This document shows, piece by piece, positions 34,986-47,305 of a stretch of DNA of 64,000 nt. Source of the stretch: Eutreptiella sp. 'Long Island Sound 2002'. Lineage: Eukaryota; Protista; Euglenida. The translations under genes and the position numbers were made by a program. Each line of letters begins with the position of its first letter. The stretch's first letter is position 1. The notes beneath the pieces are model-generated. The model searched no databases, had not been told where the DNA came from, and saw only the letters and a program-made list of their open reading frames with translations. The stretch spans positions 55,366,001 to 55,430,000 of the forward strand of contig OZ038378.1 in assembly GCA_964036045.1 (NCBI GenBank), written 5' to 3'.

Positions 34986-35506
34986 CAGGGCTCAGAAGTA
35001 CCCAGTTTGGGTACGTTTAGCGGAACACTATCCGGGAAATGGGCCAAGGTAGGAAAAATGGGGGCAAATGGGGGTAAACGAGGGAAATTCAGGTTGCTTG
35101 CTGGAAAAATGGGAAATTTAGGGGCTGAAAAGGCCAAAAATCAAGGTTTAGGTTGGCAACAAGGCTGTGGGGGGGGGGGGGGGCATTGGTGAAAGCTCCC
35201 GAGGAAAAATGGGGGAAAATGGGGAAAGCTCCCGAGGAAAAATGGGGGAAAATGGGGGAAAATGGGGGAAAATGGGGGAAAATGGGGAGGAAATGGGGAG
35301 GAAATGGGGGGAAAGGGGACCGGTTACACCACCCAAGTTTCCTTATTTTCCCCCATTTCCCCTCATTTTTCCCCATTTCCCCCCCATTTTCCCCCATTTT
35401 CCCCCATTTTCCCCCATTTTCCCCCATTTTTCCTTGCCATGGGTACATTATGGGTACGTTTGTGGGTACAGTACCCGCCACTGGAGCCGGGTACTTCTGA
35501 GCCCTG
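34986..35506. mobile_element. Fold-back MITE (521 bp) inserted just 5' of the transposase reading frame
   Basis: Perfect 18-bp TIR cagggctcagaagtaccc / gggtacttctgagccctg, with a 6-bp TSD tctaag at 34980-34985 and 35507-35512. Internal (GGGGGAAAAT)n faces (ATTTTCCCCC)n. Confidence 0.88.
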
Positions 35507-36959
35507 TCTAAGCGCGAGAGAAGGAAGCATGGAACAATGAACTACGGACAATAGCAAGCATGCACGGGGGAACAATGAAGAAATTGGGATATGTGGGTAG
35601 ACATTATATCGTTCTAGTATTGATCTAATCTAGGCTAGAACATCTAGGCTAGAACATCTAGGCTAGAGTGTTCTAGGCTAGAACAAGATTGGGTCTTCTA
35701 GCGTGTACCAAGGGAGTATGTGCGGTATGTGATTTCCCACGCCCTCCACCCTGAGAACCAGCGCCTAGGCGGCCAACAAGCTAGTTCCTAGCTCCCCCGG
35801 TAGCCGGCATGGCCTCATTGGGTGCTGCTATAGGTGGGCTTTAGCGACGACCGCTGCCACTTCGCACTAGGTGGATGGGCCTCGCTTAGGGGTCATCGAC
35901 TTTGGGAATGTTGGGCATCATGATGGTTTGGGCAAACCCCCCGGTTTTTTCCAAGCCCCCGAAACTAGTGAAAACTAACCTTATGCGCATCAACACCCCC
36001 CCCCCCCCCTCCCCATTTTTCGGGGCCAGGAGCCAGGTGGCGGTGTTGACAATGGTAAACCCTTAATAGGCGACCCCGTTTCTACTCTTGCTATCTTCCT
36101 TTTTGTCATGTTGTGTATGCATTTCCGGATCAGCTGCTGATGGAATCCGGTGATGTTCAAATGAAGTACACTGGAAACGGTCGTTGCGGGGGTATGGGGC
36201 CATGCCTAGCCCCGGAAGGATCTGCCGCTGCACTTGTTGATGAACTACAAGCTGTGTGGCCAATGCATTCAGCCTGTTTGGGGCCGTGGCTGCATGGCCG
36301 ATGCCATTGAGGAAACGGCCCCCCTCCCGGAAGGGGTGGTGGGCGGCTTTAGGCACCAGCTCTGCAGCCTGGTGAGGGCTTAGAGTGGAGAATCCCGCTT
36401 CCTAAATGCTTACCCCTCAGGGCACCGCGTCCTTGCCTTGAGTATGTTGCATAGAACATTGGGTGCAACCACTTTTGTCTAATTTTTCGTCCAAATTTGC
36501 CGGTTTACGTCCAACTTTTCGTACAATTGAGAAACCCCCCCATTTTTCCAAGGGTCAAATTTTAGGTGTCATTTTTTGAATAACCCCCCCCCCTTTTTTA
36601 GGACCCCCCAAAAGTAGGTGAATCATCACCATGTCCGAAATTACCGATATCAATGACCCCTAGCCTCGCTCTAACGGATTAGGTGCCTACTTGGGCTCCG
36701 TCTGGAGCATCTACTTGGGCACGTGCTTGGCATCCGCTGGGGTCCCGAGTTGGTTTTCGGGACCATTGCCTTGCTACCGGACGAGACCGTTGTTTTAGTC
36801 GCGGTCGTGTTTCGTCAGTTTCTGTGCCGTGGGCTGTGCCATGGGGTGTGCCATGGGCTGTGCTGTGGGGGTGGTGCGGATGGTGGCATCTACAGAGACG
36901 ACGTCCGCATAGGTGGACATGGGGCTAGGTGTGCTCCTGGAACTTGTATCACCACCCCC

Positions 36960-38540
36960 TATGGCACTCTCACTCCGGTGTTCTCGGCATGAACCTTAGT
37001 GTGGGATCTCCCCCTCCGACCTACATTTTCTATTTTTCCTGCACCCATAGCGGTGTGTGCACCAGGTCCTTCATCCATAATTGCCCCACTTATGGTGGGG
37101 GTTGCGCGATTTGTTGCACGTGCGCCGTGTGCCGCTGCTTCTGCTCCTCCGGGTCGTACTCCTTTGGACTGAGCTTGGGCAGCTTGTTCGCTATCTCCAA
37201 GTCCTACCATGCGTATGGATACCAGCTCTTCCTGGCATTGCCTTTGCGTTGGTACTAGGGCTTCCTGAGAAAATGACTACCTTTCTCGCACTCATCGTCG
37301 TTTGCGCCGCGCGCATCACGTATCCATTGGTCGGGGTCGATGGGTTCCGCCGTCGCGACCTCGGTCCTACGTTTGCGTTTCGTGCCGCTCCGCATGGGCG
37401 CCCCGACGTGGTTTCGTAGGTTTCGCAGTTGCATGGTTCGCAAGAATACGAGCAACAAACACAGCACAAGACGAACCCACCCAGAAGCGTCAGCGTCTCA
37501 GCATTGACGCATAGCGATGGGAACAGTACAGAAAGACAGCAGGCAGGTTGGCACAAGAACACGCACAGCAAACACACGACATATACCACAGGGCACACGC
37601 CGCTGCGGTGGCACGGCAACACCTACGCACCCTGCACACGCACTACACCAACACACTAACGGCCAAAACGGACTATCACATGCTCGTCACAAAACTGATC
37701 AAAGACCAGATGACAGCACAACGACTGCAGGACACACACGCACACCTGTGCCAAATACGCAGGCAATGGTATGAACAAGCAAAGTACGACACAGGGATGT
37801 GGTATGCAGATGCAAAAATGCTGCTGCTGATCTGCGGACGATACTGGAGGCTGTGCGCTGGCACCGAGAAGCTGCTGGACCTTCACCTACGACAGGCACT
37901 CTACATGTGGTGCCAGCAGAAACACTTGGCAAACATGACACAGTGCTACCATGACGCCTGCAAACATAAGACGACACAATACTGGCAAACAACCCGACCA
38001 GCACGACAGACGATATACCTCATACGGAAACGGCCGCGAGAACATTGGGACCCCACCTTGTGGGAAGTCCCGATGCAGCCACTACCAAAACGCCACAAAA
38101 CGCACTGGGATCCAAACGAGTGGGAAATACCAATGACATGACCACAACCACCCCAACGGGAAACCATGGGGGCGCAGTCATGAGCTGCAGCCCGTATGCA
38201 AACCCTGGCCTTGCCGAAATCTGTACTCTGCATCGAACTTGGCCCACAGTGGCCCTTGGCACATTATGAACTGGTCCATTTGATAAAAAAAAAAGAAATT
38301 GACTACCTTTCTCGCACTGTTCTCTAAGGTTGCACTTCACCATATTGCGAAGGGCATCATCGTTGGTGGAACTGGCCTTCTTGTGGTACAGGTTCTTCCT
38401 TTTTAGAAGTGGATTTTGTGCGGCCGGCCACATCTCGTACGCCTGTCAAACCGTTTTTCGTAGTACTTGGGCGCGTTGTCTTTTTACTTCTTTCGCAGCT
38501 GCTTCCGCCATGGCCTTGGTCTTGCTCTAGGCTACCTGCG
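36960..38540 (-). pseudogene. Degenerate coding remnant of unknown identity, split by a LINE fragment
   Basis: After removing 37293-38300, the minus frame reads ...NLREQCEKGSHFLRKP*YQRKGNARKSWYPYAW*DLEIANKLPKLSPKEY..., with scattered TAG/TGA stops. Confidence 0.4.
37293..38300 (+). mobile_element. 5'-truncated LINE 3' fragment
   Basis: 18-bp TSD gactacctttctcgcact at 37275-37292 and 38301-38318, and an A-rich tail at about 38283-38298. ORFs 37302-37514 and 37548-38141 are in the same frame, separated by one TAG. Confidence 0.8.
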
Positions 38541-39719
38541 CACGACAACATGGAGAATTGCGTTTGGTCCAGCACTTACCAAACCTTTAAGTTGGCACTG
38601 TGTTACAATTCCTTACCATCATGTTGCCACTCCTTGGGACGCCATTACCACGAATTGCAACTTGATTACAAGCCATTAACATCTAGTCACCAAACCTTAC
38701 CATCTCGTTGGCACTTGGTGCCACTCCATGCGCACAGGACTACCATTCGTTCCCGCCCCGCCGCCACATCTTACAACGGGTTACCCGTAGATGGAGCATA
38801 TTCAAAACCTGTTATGACTCGTTGTCATCCCTTCGCCACTCCAGCTACCCCTCCACTTGTGACAACCCGGTTACCGCTTGCTACCTCCTCGTTACCCGTC
38901 ATTCCTACACCTTTACCACTCATTACCACGTATTTGGTTGCCACCTCTTACGACCGCGCTACCACTCCTTACACTGCGGCCCACCTACCCCGGTCCCTTT
39001 GCACGCGCGCGTGTGTGCCTCTTCGGCACATCTCGTCCCTCCCTGCACTAGCACTAAGCGTTGGGTCCTTCATTGTTGCCACCCGTTTTGTGTGCATCTC
39101 TTGTGCTGTAGGCTGGCAAGGGCTTTTGGATCTTGATCAAATTTGGCCACAATGTCACATTGTGCCCTGTTGTTGTCATCGAGTCTGCGAAAGTTCACTT
39201 GATCCTAGGGAGTTCCAACTTGGCAGCCTCCTTTTTTACCTTTTTTGACGGTGGCATGACCCACAAACACTTATAATTAGGGAATGAAACGAAAGATTCA
39301 GTCCATCAGCATGTGCATATACGACTCACAATGGAATTTAGAAAGCAGTAGCAACCAACTTATGTCAAGCAATGGGTTTTTTTGATTGTTTGTTATTTTG
39401 AACGTGTTTGCCTTGTCACCTTCCCATCACGGTACTCTACATAACCACATTCATGTTCCAACACTATGGTGCACACAAAGGCCATTGGTAGCTGTTCTTG
39501 GTCAAAGGTTTGAAAATATGAGCAAAATGCAGGCACAAGAGATGGATATGCTCATGGCAATGCAACATAGAGGCTTACAACGTGGTACAATGTGTGTTCC
39601 AACATCGTGCTATCACCATGTATCGCCTTTTGAATGTTTTGGTCGTTCATATTACCACTGTTGCCTCCGAAATGGCATTGTCACCTTCCAAAACAGGATC
39701 TTTCTCCACGGAAATACAA

Positions 39720-42570
39720 TCAGGTTATAGGATGGGCTCACCGAGTGCTACCGGCCGGGTGGGCAGGACAGGCAACAGGGACAGTCAATTACACCTACAC
39801 CTCCCTGTCCTCCCTGGCAAGAACATGGCATGTTGGGCGCGGTTGTATCATTGGAAGTTGTCCTGTCCGGGCAGTGTGTGGACAACTGAGTTGTCCCATT
39901 ACAGGACGTGGTCCCGGATTGCTGAAGTATTCATGGGACCAGGAACCAGCTGCAACAACTCGTGCACCTAGGGTGTGGAGGTAAGGATGATCCGGGGGCC
40001 TGAATGGGTGCACAGCAGATGAGCTGTGGAGACGCCAAGCTCAGGGCGGACTAGGAACACGACCTGAGGGGCCCACTGGGCGGAGGGAGGGGAGGGGGGG
40101 CATGCGCATGGGGAGCAAGCCCGTGGACACCATGCGCCAGTCCTGAAGGTGGCATGTGACCCAGTGGGCCAAGAGCACTACCAACAGGGGCAGCAGGACC
40201 AACAACCAGCAGGACCAACACATGAGGGTTGAGGGAGGGGTGGGGTCGGGTGGGGAACTCAAGCGTGTCCACGACCAGCATGAGGCCGTACAGGTCACGG
40301 GTGGGGTCCACCATCTTCTCGAGTATAATGCGCACATGAGCGCGCGAGGCCCGCTGTGCAGGGTCGCGTACTAGCCCTGAGGGCGAGTACAACGTTGCTC
40401 AGTGGGGATGGAGGGGGCTGAGAACGTGAGCATCAATCTCCAGGGCCAAGGCCACAGCTACACCAGCTGCCGGCAGGACTAGCGTCGTACGTTCGGGCAA
40501 GTACGAGCCCGCTTGCTTGGGCAAAGTCGTCACGAGGCGGACAAACGCCCAGTGTGTGCAGAGCACGAACACAGGGCAAGAATGGGCCACGTGGGCCCAT
40601 GGGGAGTCGACGTGGGTGTCGCAAAAATTGCGTGTGTAATACTGCACAGTGACGGGGGGGGGGGGGCGAAACAGCAAGGCCCGGAGGCGCAGGGCTGTGA
40701 CTAACGGGGCACGGGGAAGTGCTGAGTCCAACAACAGGGGGTGAAATCGCTGGCGGACGAGTGCGTCGTGTCCCAAGAGGCCTCACAGGACGCCGCACGA
40801 ACAAGGGACGCATGATGGAGGCGCGCCACGCTCCGTCTAGTGTTGAAAAGCAGGCGCCCCTCGCTGGTGGCTAGAACTGCACGACCCAGGAGGGGAAGGA
40901 GGGGGGCTGTGAAGGGTCTAGCGCCGGCAGCGCCATCGGACGCCAGGTTGTGTGCTTCGCGCTGGAGGGTGGCGGCCCCGTGGGTGTTGCCCGTGTTGTG
41001 CTGGGCTTGCGACCAATATTCGTGAAATCCCACAGAGGCTGACACCACCTGGCGGAACAGGTGGTTGGTGAGGGTCGAAGGGGGGGGGGGGGCTTTGGTG
41101 TATGTACAGTGCAGGACGCCGTGGCATCTGCCACGAAAAAAGCGTAACCTGCCTAGGTTCGCAAGATGTACCGGGCAACGAGTTTGGGGATCCATTCGGT
41201 AACGGTAAACGTGGCCTGAACTACAAGGAAACCGAAGCTGTAAGTGCGCAGCACGCCATGCCGAGGGTGGTAGAGGACGATGCCGCCACACAGGGCCTCG
41301 GTGGTCAGTGCACCGTCTGTGACGACCCACAGGACATCCGGGAGGGGTAGTGCTTGACATGTGTCATAGTGGACCGTGGCGTCGTGGAATGTGTGGGAAG
41401 GGGTGTGTGTGTGTACGCGTGCCCGAAGGGAGGCCAGCCGGCTACGCAACTCGTGTCCCTCAGAAGGGGGGGGCTGGGGAGTTCAAGAGGTACGTCACCG
41501 CGGCCCGCGACAGCGGGTTACGGCTAACGGAGGCCTCTAGGTAAGACCTAAACAGAAGGGAGAGGTTGCTGATTGGCAAGCATGGGCATCCAACCCCTCC
41601 AGCATGCAGGGGCAGGTGAAGGAACGACACACTGGTCTAGCGGGGCAGAGCAAAAGCATTTTTGTACGCTTTGTGAGCGTATACCTGCAGCTCGTGCTCC
41701 CATTCCGGGGGTGAGAGGACTGCAAAAAACATGTAGTCCGAGCGGGACAACGCGAAGGCCACAAAGGACTGAGCGGTCAGAAGGGGGGCCATGTCTTTCC
41801 CACGCACCGAGTGGCACACTGATCGGAACGTGGCCAGGAGGTCGGCCAGCTTGGCCGAAGGTTTCATGTCGTGAAAGATGGGGACACCTACGATGAGGGG
41901 GGGGGGGGGGGGGCGACGAGCGTGCGGGTTTTAAAGTGGGGGACATCAACAGCGACTAGCTTCGGCTGGTCATCGTCATCCAGGACGATGTAAGTGAATT
42001 CAAGCTTATCCATATTGGGCACTGCATTTGTGTGCAAGATGGCCTGCATGCACGCGCTAGCTAGCTCTGAGACCAAGGGGAGCATGGGCTCAAAGAAGGC
42101 GCGGTCATCGCTGTAACACACTCAGTTAACGGGGACGGACACGGGGGAGGGCCAGGGGGGGACGAAGATGCGGCGGGGGAATGGGAGCGCGGAGGAGGGG
42201 AGCACTGATGTGCCCTGGTACCCATTGGCTGAGAAGGGGTTGCCCTGGGTGTACCCTTCATAGGGGGTGTGCCTGCTGCCCCCCCACCTCAGCACTTGCA
42301 CGTTACCCAAGGCCCCGCACAGCACCGCGACGCCGTGACGACACGACCGCACTAGGAGGCGTGTGCCCCGCTCTCCAGCCGGGTGGCTGCAGGGTGTGTG
42401 AGGTGCGCCTGAGCCTGGCTTCCCCGTAGAGGCAACCCGTGGGCCCATAAGGCCCTCTTCGGACTGGGAAGGACAGCCCAAAGCCCAAAGCCCCCTCCGG
42501 GCCTCCAGCCACCACAACTCTCGTTTACGGTTAAAATAAAGTTCATGGCAGTCCCTAGAACTGCCCATCA
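39720..42570 (-). mobile_element. Degenerate 5'-truncated LINE (RT C-terminal half plus RNase H)
   Basis: GYTQGNPFS (~42240), CYSDD (~42110) and the RNase H-like LWVVTDGA..CGGIV (~41290-41340). Ends are approximate; no TSD found. Confidence 0.72.
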
Positions 42571-44755
42571 GCAGTCGGATTCAGTTTGAATTGCCATCAG
42601 TAATTTCTTGAACGCTTCATGTGTCCACCATTATTCGTGTTACAGTCTGTTTTTAATTTGGGATGCATGGTGTACCCCCACGCATGGAGAGGCCTGGGCA
42701 GCGCACATAGGGAGAGAACCAAAGAATTGGCTGATGCCGAGTGGGGTTGAGCGAACACGACCCACGGGAATGATTGTGTGTGTGCAAGCAGCAGTTCAAC
42801 ACGTAGTACCATCCTTGGCCGATGAACGGTCGCTGTAGGATTTGTTGGTATGGTACGAGCTGTACTTTGGGGCTTTCCAGAACTTCCAGGACATGACATT
42901 TGTCAATGGTGAGCTGGAGAAAGGATGGCCTGAGGTATGGGTCAATTGGCTAGAGCAGTTCAAAGCCGCTTGCTTGAAGATGCTCTGAGCGAAGCAGCGA
43001 AAAGTGGACCCTCGAGACAAGCATGGTCACACACCCCTGGCACAGTGTGGCGGAACCGTTTTTCCCTGGGCAACAGAAATGCCTACTTGGTCAGCATTGG
43101 TTGGAAATTCAACCCAAATTTCAGCAAACAAGACCCACGTTTATGTCATTGCTTTGGGTGAAGTGTTTGTGTAATGTGTGATGAATTCTTGTTGTTCGTG
43201 CACACACAATATGCTTACCCTAAACGGTGTTCAAAAGTGGGCACTCCGCACTGAATTCACCCATTGGGGGATGCTATTTGTGTGGAAGTACGGTAAAGAC
43301 ATGTGAAGTCTTGTGTGGGCATCTTTTTCGGGCACTGGGTATAATTGGATGCATGCACATGAACCAAAGTGCAATGTTACATGTGTTGCCTGTGCAATTG
43401 GCCGATCACTTCATTCTCAATCTTTGCAGCCAGGCAGGCAGTAGTGTTTCTTATCAACGAGTCACCATGAAGGAGCATATCCCCAACGCTGGGCAACCAC
43501 TGTGGCCCAACGTTCACCGTGGACTGTGTTGCAATTCAATACAATATGAATTGTCTGGCCATTCCTACCACCATCAAGATTGCCGCATTGACAGCTGCAA
43601 CGGCCCTCATTGAGCGCGCCGACTCCCCCCCTTTAGCGATTATGGTGACTTCATGGCTCCATGCGAAGGATATGGGTGGGCGGCTGCAGCCATCAACACC
43701 CGAGGCATGAGGTTTTTGGAGTGGAGAAGACCATTGTTGCAGGCAAACCCCTTTGGTCACCACCTCCCAGCCTATTTTCAAAGAGGGTGGACGCCACCCT
43801 AAACTGCTACGTTCTCTTATGTGCACATTGCACACGGGGCGTGCGTGGTGCGATTTCAGCACCCTTCACTGCCCCTCTATAGTTTGCCCTGGTTTGTAGC
43901 AATGACTGAATGGCTGTCATGTATACCCACCAACGTGGGGATCATGTGGATGACACGTATTATTGGTTAGTTATGGGGACTGATATACATTGCTTGAGGA
44001 AAATGTTGAAGTGTATGTTGAACATGCATGAGGTAGAGCATGATCCACCATGCGTTGGTATTGTATTCCCTATCTCCAGCCAATCGGGTGGTGCCTGCTG
44101 CGCCACATTCCACGTCAGGCTACGCACAAATGCGGTCCCATGTGAGCACAGTGACGCCGTCTTCATCTGGCCCATGCTTGTGCAGGAGGGGCTAGTAACA
44201 GCCACACAGCCACACAGCCACACAGCGTCATACAGCCATGCAGCCACCAACACAGTTACATGGTGACACAGGTCGTTCCGGATTTTTGAGGGCTGTGACC
44301 CCCACCCCCATGCACCCCGCCCCGTCTTTTTCTCAACCTCAGGAAAGGGGGCACGTTTTATGGCTCCACAGTGTTCTGCTGGCTGTGCATATGTGCAAAT
44401 GCTGACCACTTAACATTTGTTTTTGCCGTCTGTATGTATGTGCCCCATTTGCACTGCACCATGTTCGCGCCTGGCGCGGTCCGGGCTTGTTGGGATTCTG
44501 AACGGGAATTTAGGGTTCTGGAGGTTTGTGACAGGGCTGTTGAGGGTTGATGAAGGGGTGTGTTAAGAAAAGATTTGTTGTTACAAGGGTTGTAGCGGGA
44601 GGTTGATGATGGTGATGGTTATCCAGGGTTGTCCAGAATCATTGAGGATCGCAACGTGCAACTATACAATCCTCGCTGATGCAGCAGAATGCTCTCTGGG
44701 TGTCTTGATTCTGTGTCGTTTGTGCGCCCACAACTGCCGCGAGCGCGCTCATGAG

Positions 44756-45361
44756 ATGGGCACGTACTTTTTGGTATGGCTCGTGTTGTCGGTCCTCGCT
44801 GAGGCGGCGACGGCAGGCTGTGGCCAGGAGTTGATGAAGATCCGAGTCTTCCCCCGGGATCTGCTCCTGCTGCAGCGCAAGATTGACCGAGTGGACTTCA
44901 CACACATAGATCCGGACGTGTTCCTCATGTTCGGCTACCAGGTCATTACCGACAAGAAGATCACCGGGGCGACGAAAGGCCGCCACTCGTTCATCGTGAT
45001 CGTCAACGCGACTGGGGACATCGTGGGGGCGTCGCGGTGGAACATGCGGCTGTGGACCCCGAAGCTGCTGAACTGCTCCACCGTGTATATGCTCTCCACC
45101 ACCACCGACACGCACGAGGACTACCGGTCGAACGCGCGGTTCACTCTATGGAACGCGGAGTCGGACCGGATGATCCGTGTCCCGATCAGGGGCGCCACGC
45201 ATGACCTGCACTATGACCCCGGCAGCCAGACGTTGTTCTGGCTCAAGAACCTGATGCTGCACAACCCGTGCCAGTTCCCCAACAGCGTGTGCCCAGACAA
45301 GAAGCTGGTGGCCGCCGCCTTCAAGTCCGACAACATCCTGCGCTGCAAGATCAACGGCCAG
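44756..45361 (+). CDS. Aryl-sulfate sulfotransferase (ASST)-like secreted protein, exon 1
   Basis: Signal-peptide-like start MGTYFLVWLVLSVLAEAATA and a THD motif. GC3-rich codons. Donor CAG|gtatgg, phase 0. Confidence 0.82.
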
Positions 45362-46141
45362 GTATGGGTACAGCAAGTTGGGGGGGGGGGACTACTTTCA
45401 AGAGTGGCCATAAAAAAAAAGCCCCTTTTCAGTAGGTTTCAAACAGACGATGTCAGTGGTGGCAGCCAGACACCCTCAAGCCATGCGATACTTTGAAAGC
45501 CATGTTTCTCCCTGACGCAAAAGACGAAGCATCGACACGTTGGTCAGAAAGAGAGGGCACAAGGAGGATGATGAGCTCGCAACGCAATAGGTGTGTAGAA
45601 AATGAGAGCAAAGACGTAAACGGGGCTGAGCATCTCCAGTTCGAGACCGCCGTTGCCCTGCTGCAGCCCTGCTCTATGACTTGAATGTGTTTTGTGGACC
45701 TTAAGCACATACGGCCTTGTCTGCATCCGGCCACCTGTGCTACCGTTGTTTCTGTTGGAGGGGGGAGGGGACCATCACTTGCCCCAAACGTGCATGGCAC
45801 CGAAGCAAAAGTTTCCTCCCGTTAGAATGCAGTGGTAGTGGAAAGGTCAGGTATGGGTCCTCCTGCATAGCCCCCCCCCCCCCCCGCACAGGGGGGGGTG
45901 CCATCAGGCTGAATGGGGAAGGGGCACCCAGGCTACCGGGTGCCGTCGCGCATTCTGGGGGTACTGTTCAAGGTGGGAGGGGGAGGGGGAGGGGGGGGGC
46001 TTGTCTACGTACCGCGACCCCCGTGTCAGAGTTGTGCTCCTGTCTTTGCCTGTGCTGGCGCAAGGGGTCGGGGGATAGTCCCTCTCCAGCGCCTTTCGGA
46101 TCCACTCGGCACTCCGTTCGCCCACCCCTTCTCTGGGCCAG

Positions 46142-46777
46142 GTCGTCTGGAAGTGGGACACGGTGGACCGGCTACTTCGCCAGAACGTCTCCTTCCGGAC
46201 CCCCTTCAGCTTTGGCGACCGTTGCGACACGGACTTTGCGCACATGAACACCGTCATCTACTACGCCGGGCAGAACGTGCTGTACTGGAACTCCCGCACG
46301 CTGCACTCCTTCTTCAAGCTGGACGTGGCCACCGGGGCCCTCCTGTGGTCCGTGGGCCGGTACGCGACGCTGCGGATGTACGACGAGGCCGGGCGGGAGG
46401 TACCAGAGCTGTTCCAGAACGCCCACGGGCTGCACCCGGTGTCCGACACCGCGTTCTACATCTTCGACAACCTGCACAAGGGCAACTGTGGGGACTACAG
46501 CCGCCTGCTCCGGATCGAGGTGGACGAAGGGGACGGCACCGCCCGCATCACGTGGGTGTGGGCCCCCAACGCCGCGGGCTGCGCGCGGCTGTACCGGAAC
46601 TACGGCGGCGGCAGCTTCCACCTGCCGACGGGGCACGTCATCGGGACGTTCGGGGACCGGCCGCAGCACTACATCGTGGGGGTGTCGGCGGAGGGGCGGG
46701 TGGAATTCCAGATGGGCATCAAGCAGGCCTTTGTGTACGACAGCATCATGTTCTACCGCACGCCCCGCATCGCCCAG
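46142..46777 (+). CDS. ASST-like protein, exon 2
   Basis: Acceptor ggccag| then VVWKWD..DFAHMN..NSR..LLWSVG..QNAHG..FDN..GG, the ASST beta-propeller motif series. Donor CAG|gttggc. Confidence 0.85.
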
Positions 46778-47011
46778 GTTGGCAGTTTTTGGGTTGGTGG
46801 GGGGGGTGCAAGATTTTTCTTTTTCTTTTTTCATTTAATTACGCCCAGTCCAACCAGTTGGCCCACAACCGCCCCGGTTGGCTCAGAAACACCCTCTATC
46901 GCCTCCAATTGGTGCCAAATAAAGAGACCTCTGTCTGCCCCCTTTTTGTGTCTCAATATCGGGCTGTCTACTAGACGGCACTGCTCTCACCCATCGTCCA
47001 CCCTCCCGCAG

Positions 47012-47305
47012 GTTGAGGTGCACGACACCGCCGTGAGCTTCGTGGTGTACGACGCGCTGTACACGGTGCAGGCCAGCGACGCCGTCGCCGAGGTCGAATC
47101 GACTTGCGAGCCCTTCCGCCGGCAGAAGGCAGTGACGGTGCTGCCGTTCTGGCAGCCCAATGCGGTGGTGTTGGAGTGCCCAGCCACCGGGGGGTTCGTC
47201 ATCCGGTTCGTGAACAGCGCCGGCGTCGCTGGGACGCATCAGGTCCACAGGGACTGCGACAGCACGTCGCAGGCGTTTGCGGAGAAGGGGGCCGCCTGGA
47301 CCTGA
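47012..47305 (+). CDS. ASST-like protein, exon 3 (terminal)
   Basis: Acceptor ccgcag|, phase 0, VEVHDTAVSF...AAWT*. The spliced product is 511 aa. Confidence 0.8.
   Translation, partial: VEVHDTAVSFVVYDALYTVQASDAVAEVESTCEPFRRQKAVTVLPFWQPNAVVLECPATGGFVIRFVNSAGVAGTHQVHRDCDSTSQAFAEKGAAWT

Larger units (their letters stand above)
28258..35714 (-). mobile_element. TIR DNA transposon with a RAG1/Transib/CMC-like DDE transposase and an accessory gene
   Basis: Perfect 24-bp TIR cccttggtacacgctagaagaccc (28258-28281; reverse complement at 35691-35714), extending imperfectly to about 45 bp. AG flanks both ends (28256-28257, 35715-35716). Subterminal GCTAGAAC/GTTCTAGC clusters. Confidence 0.88.
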
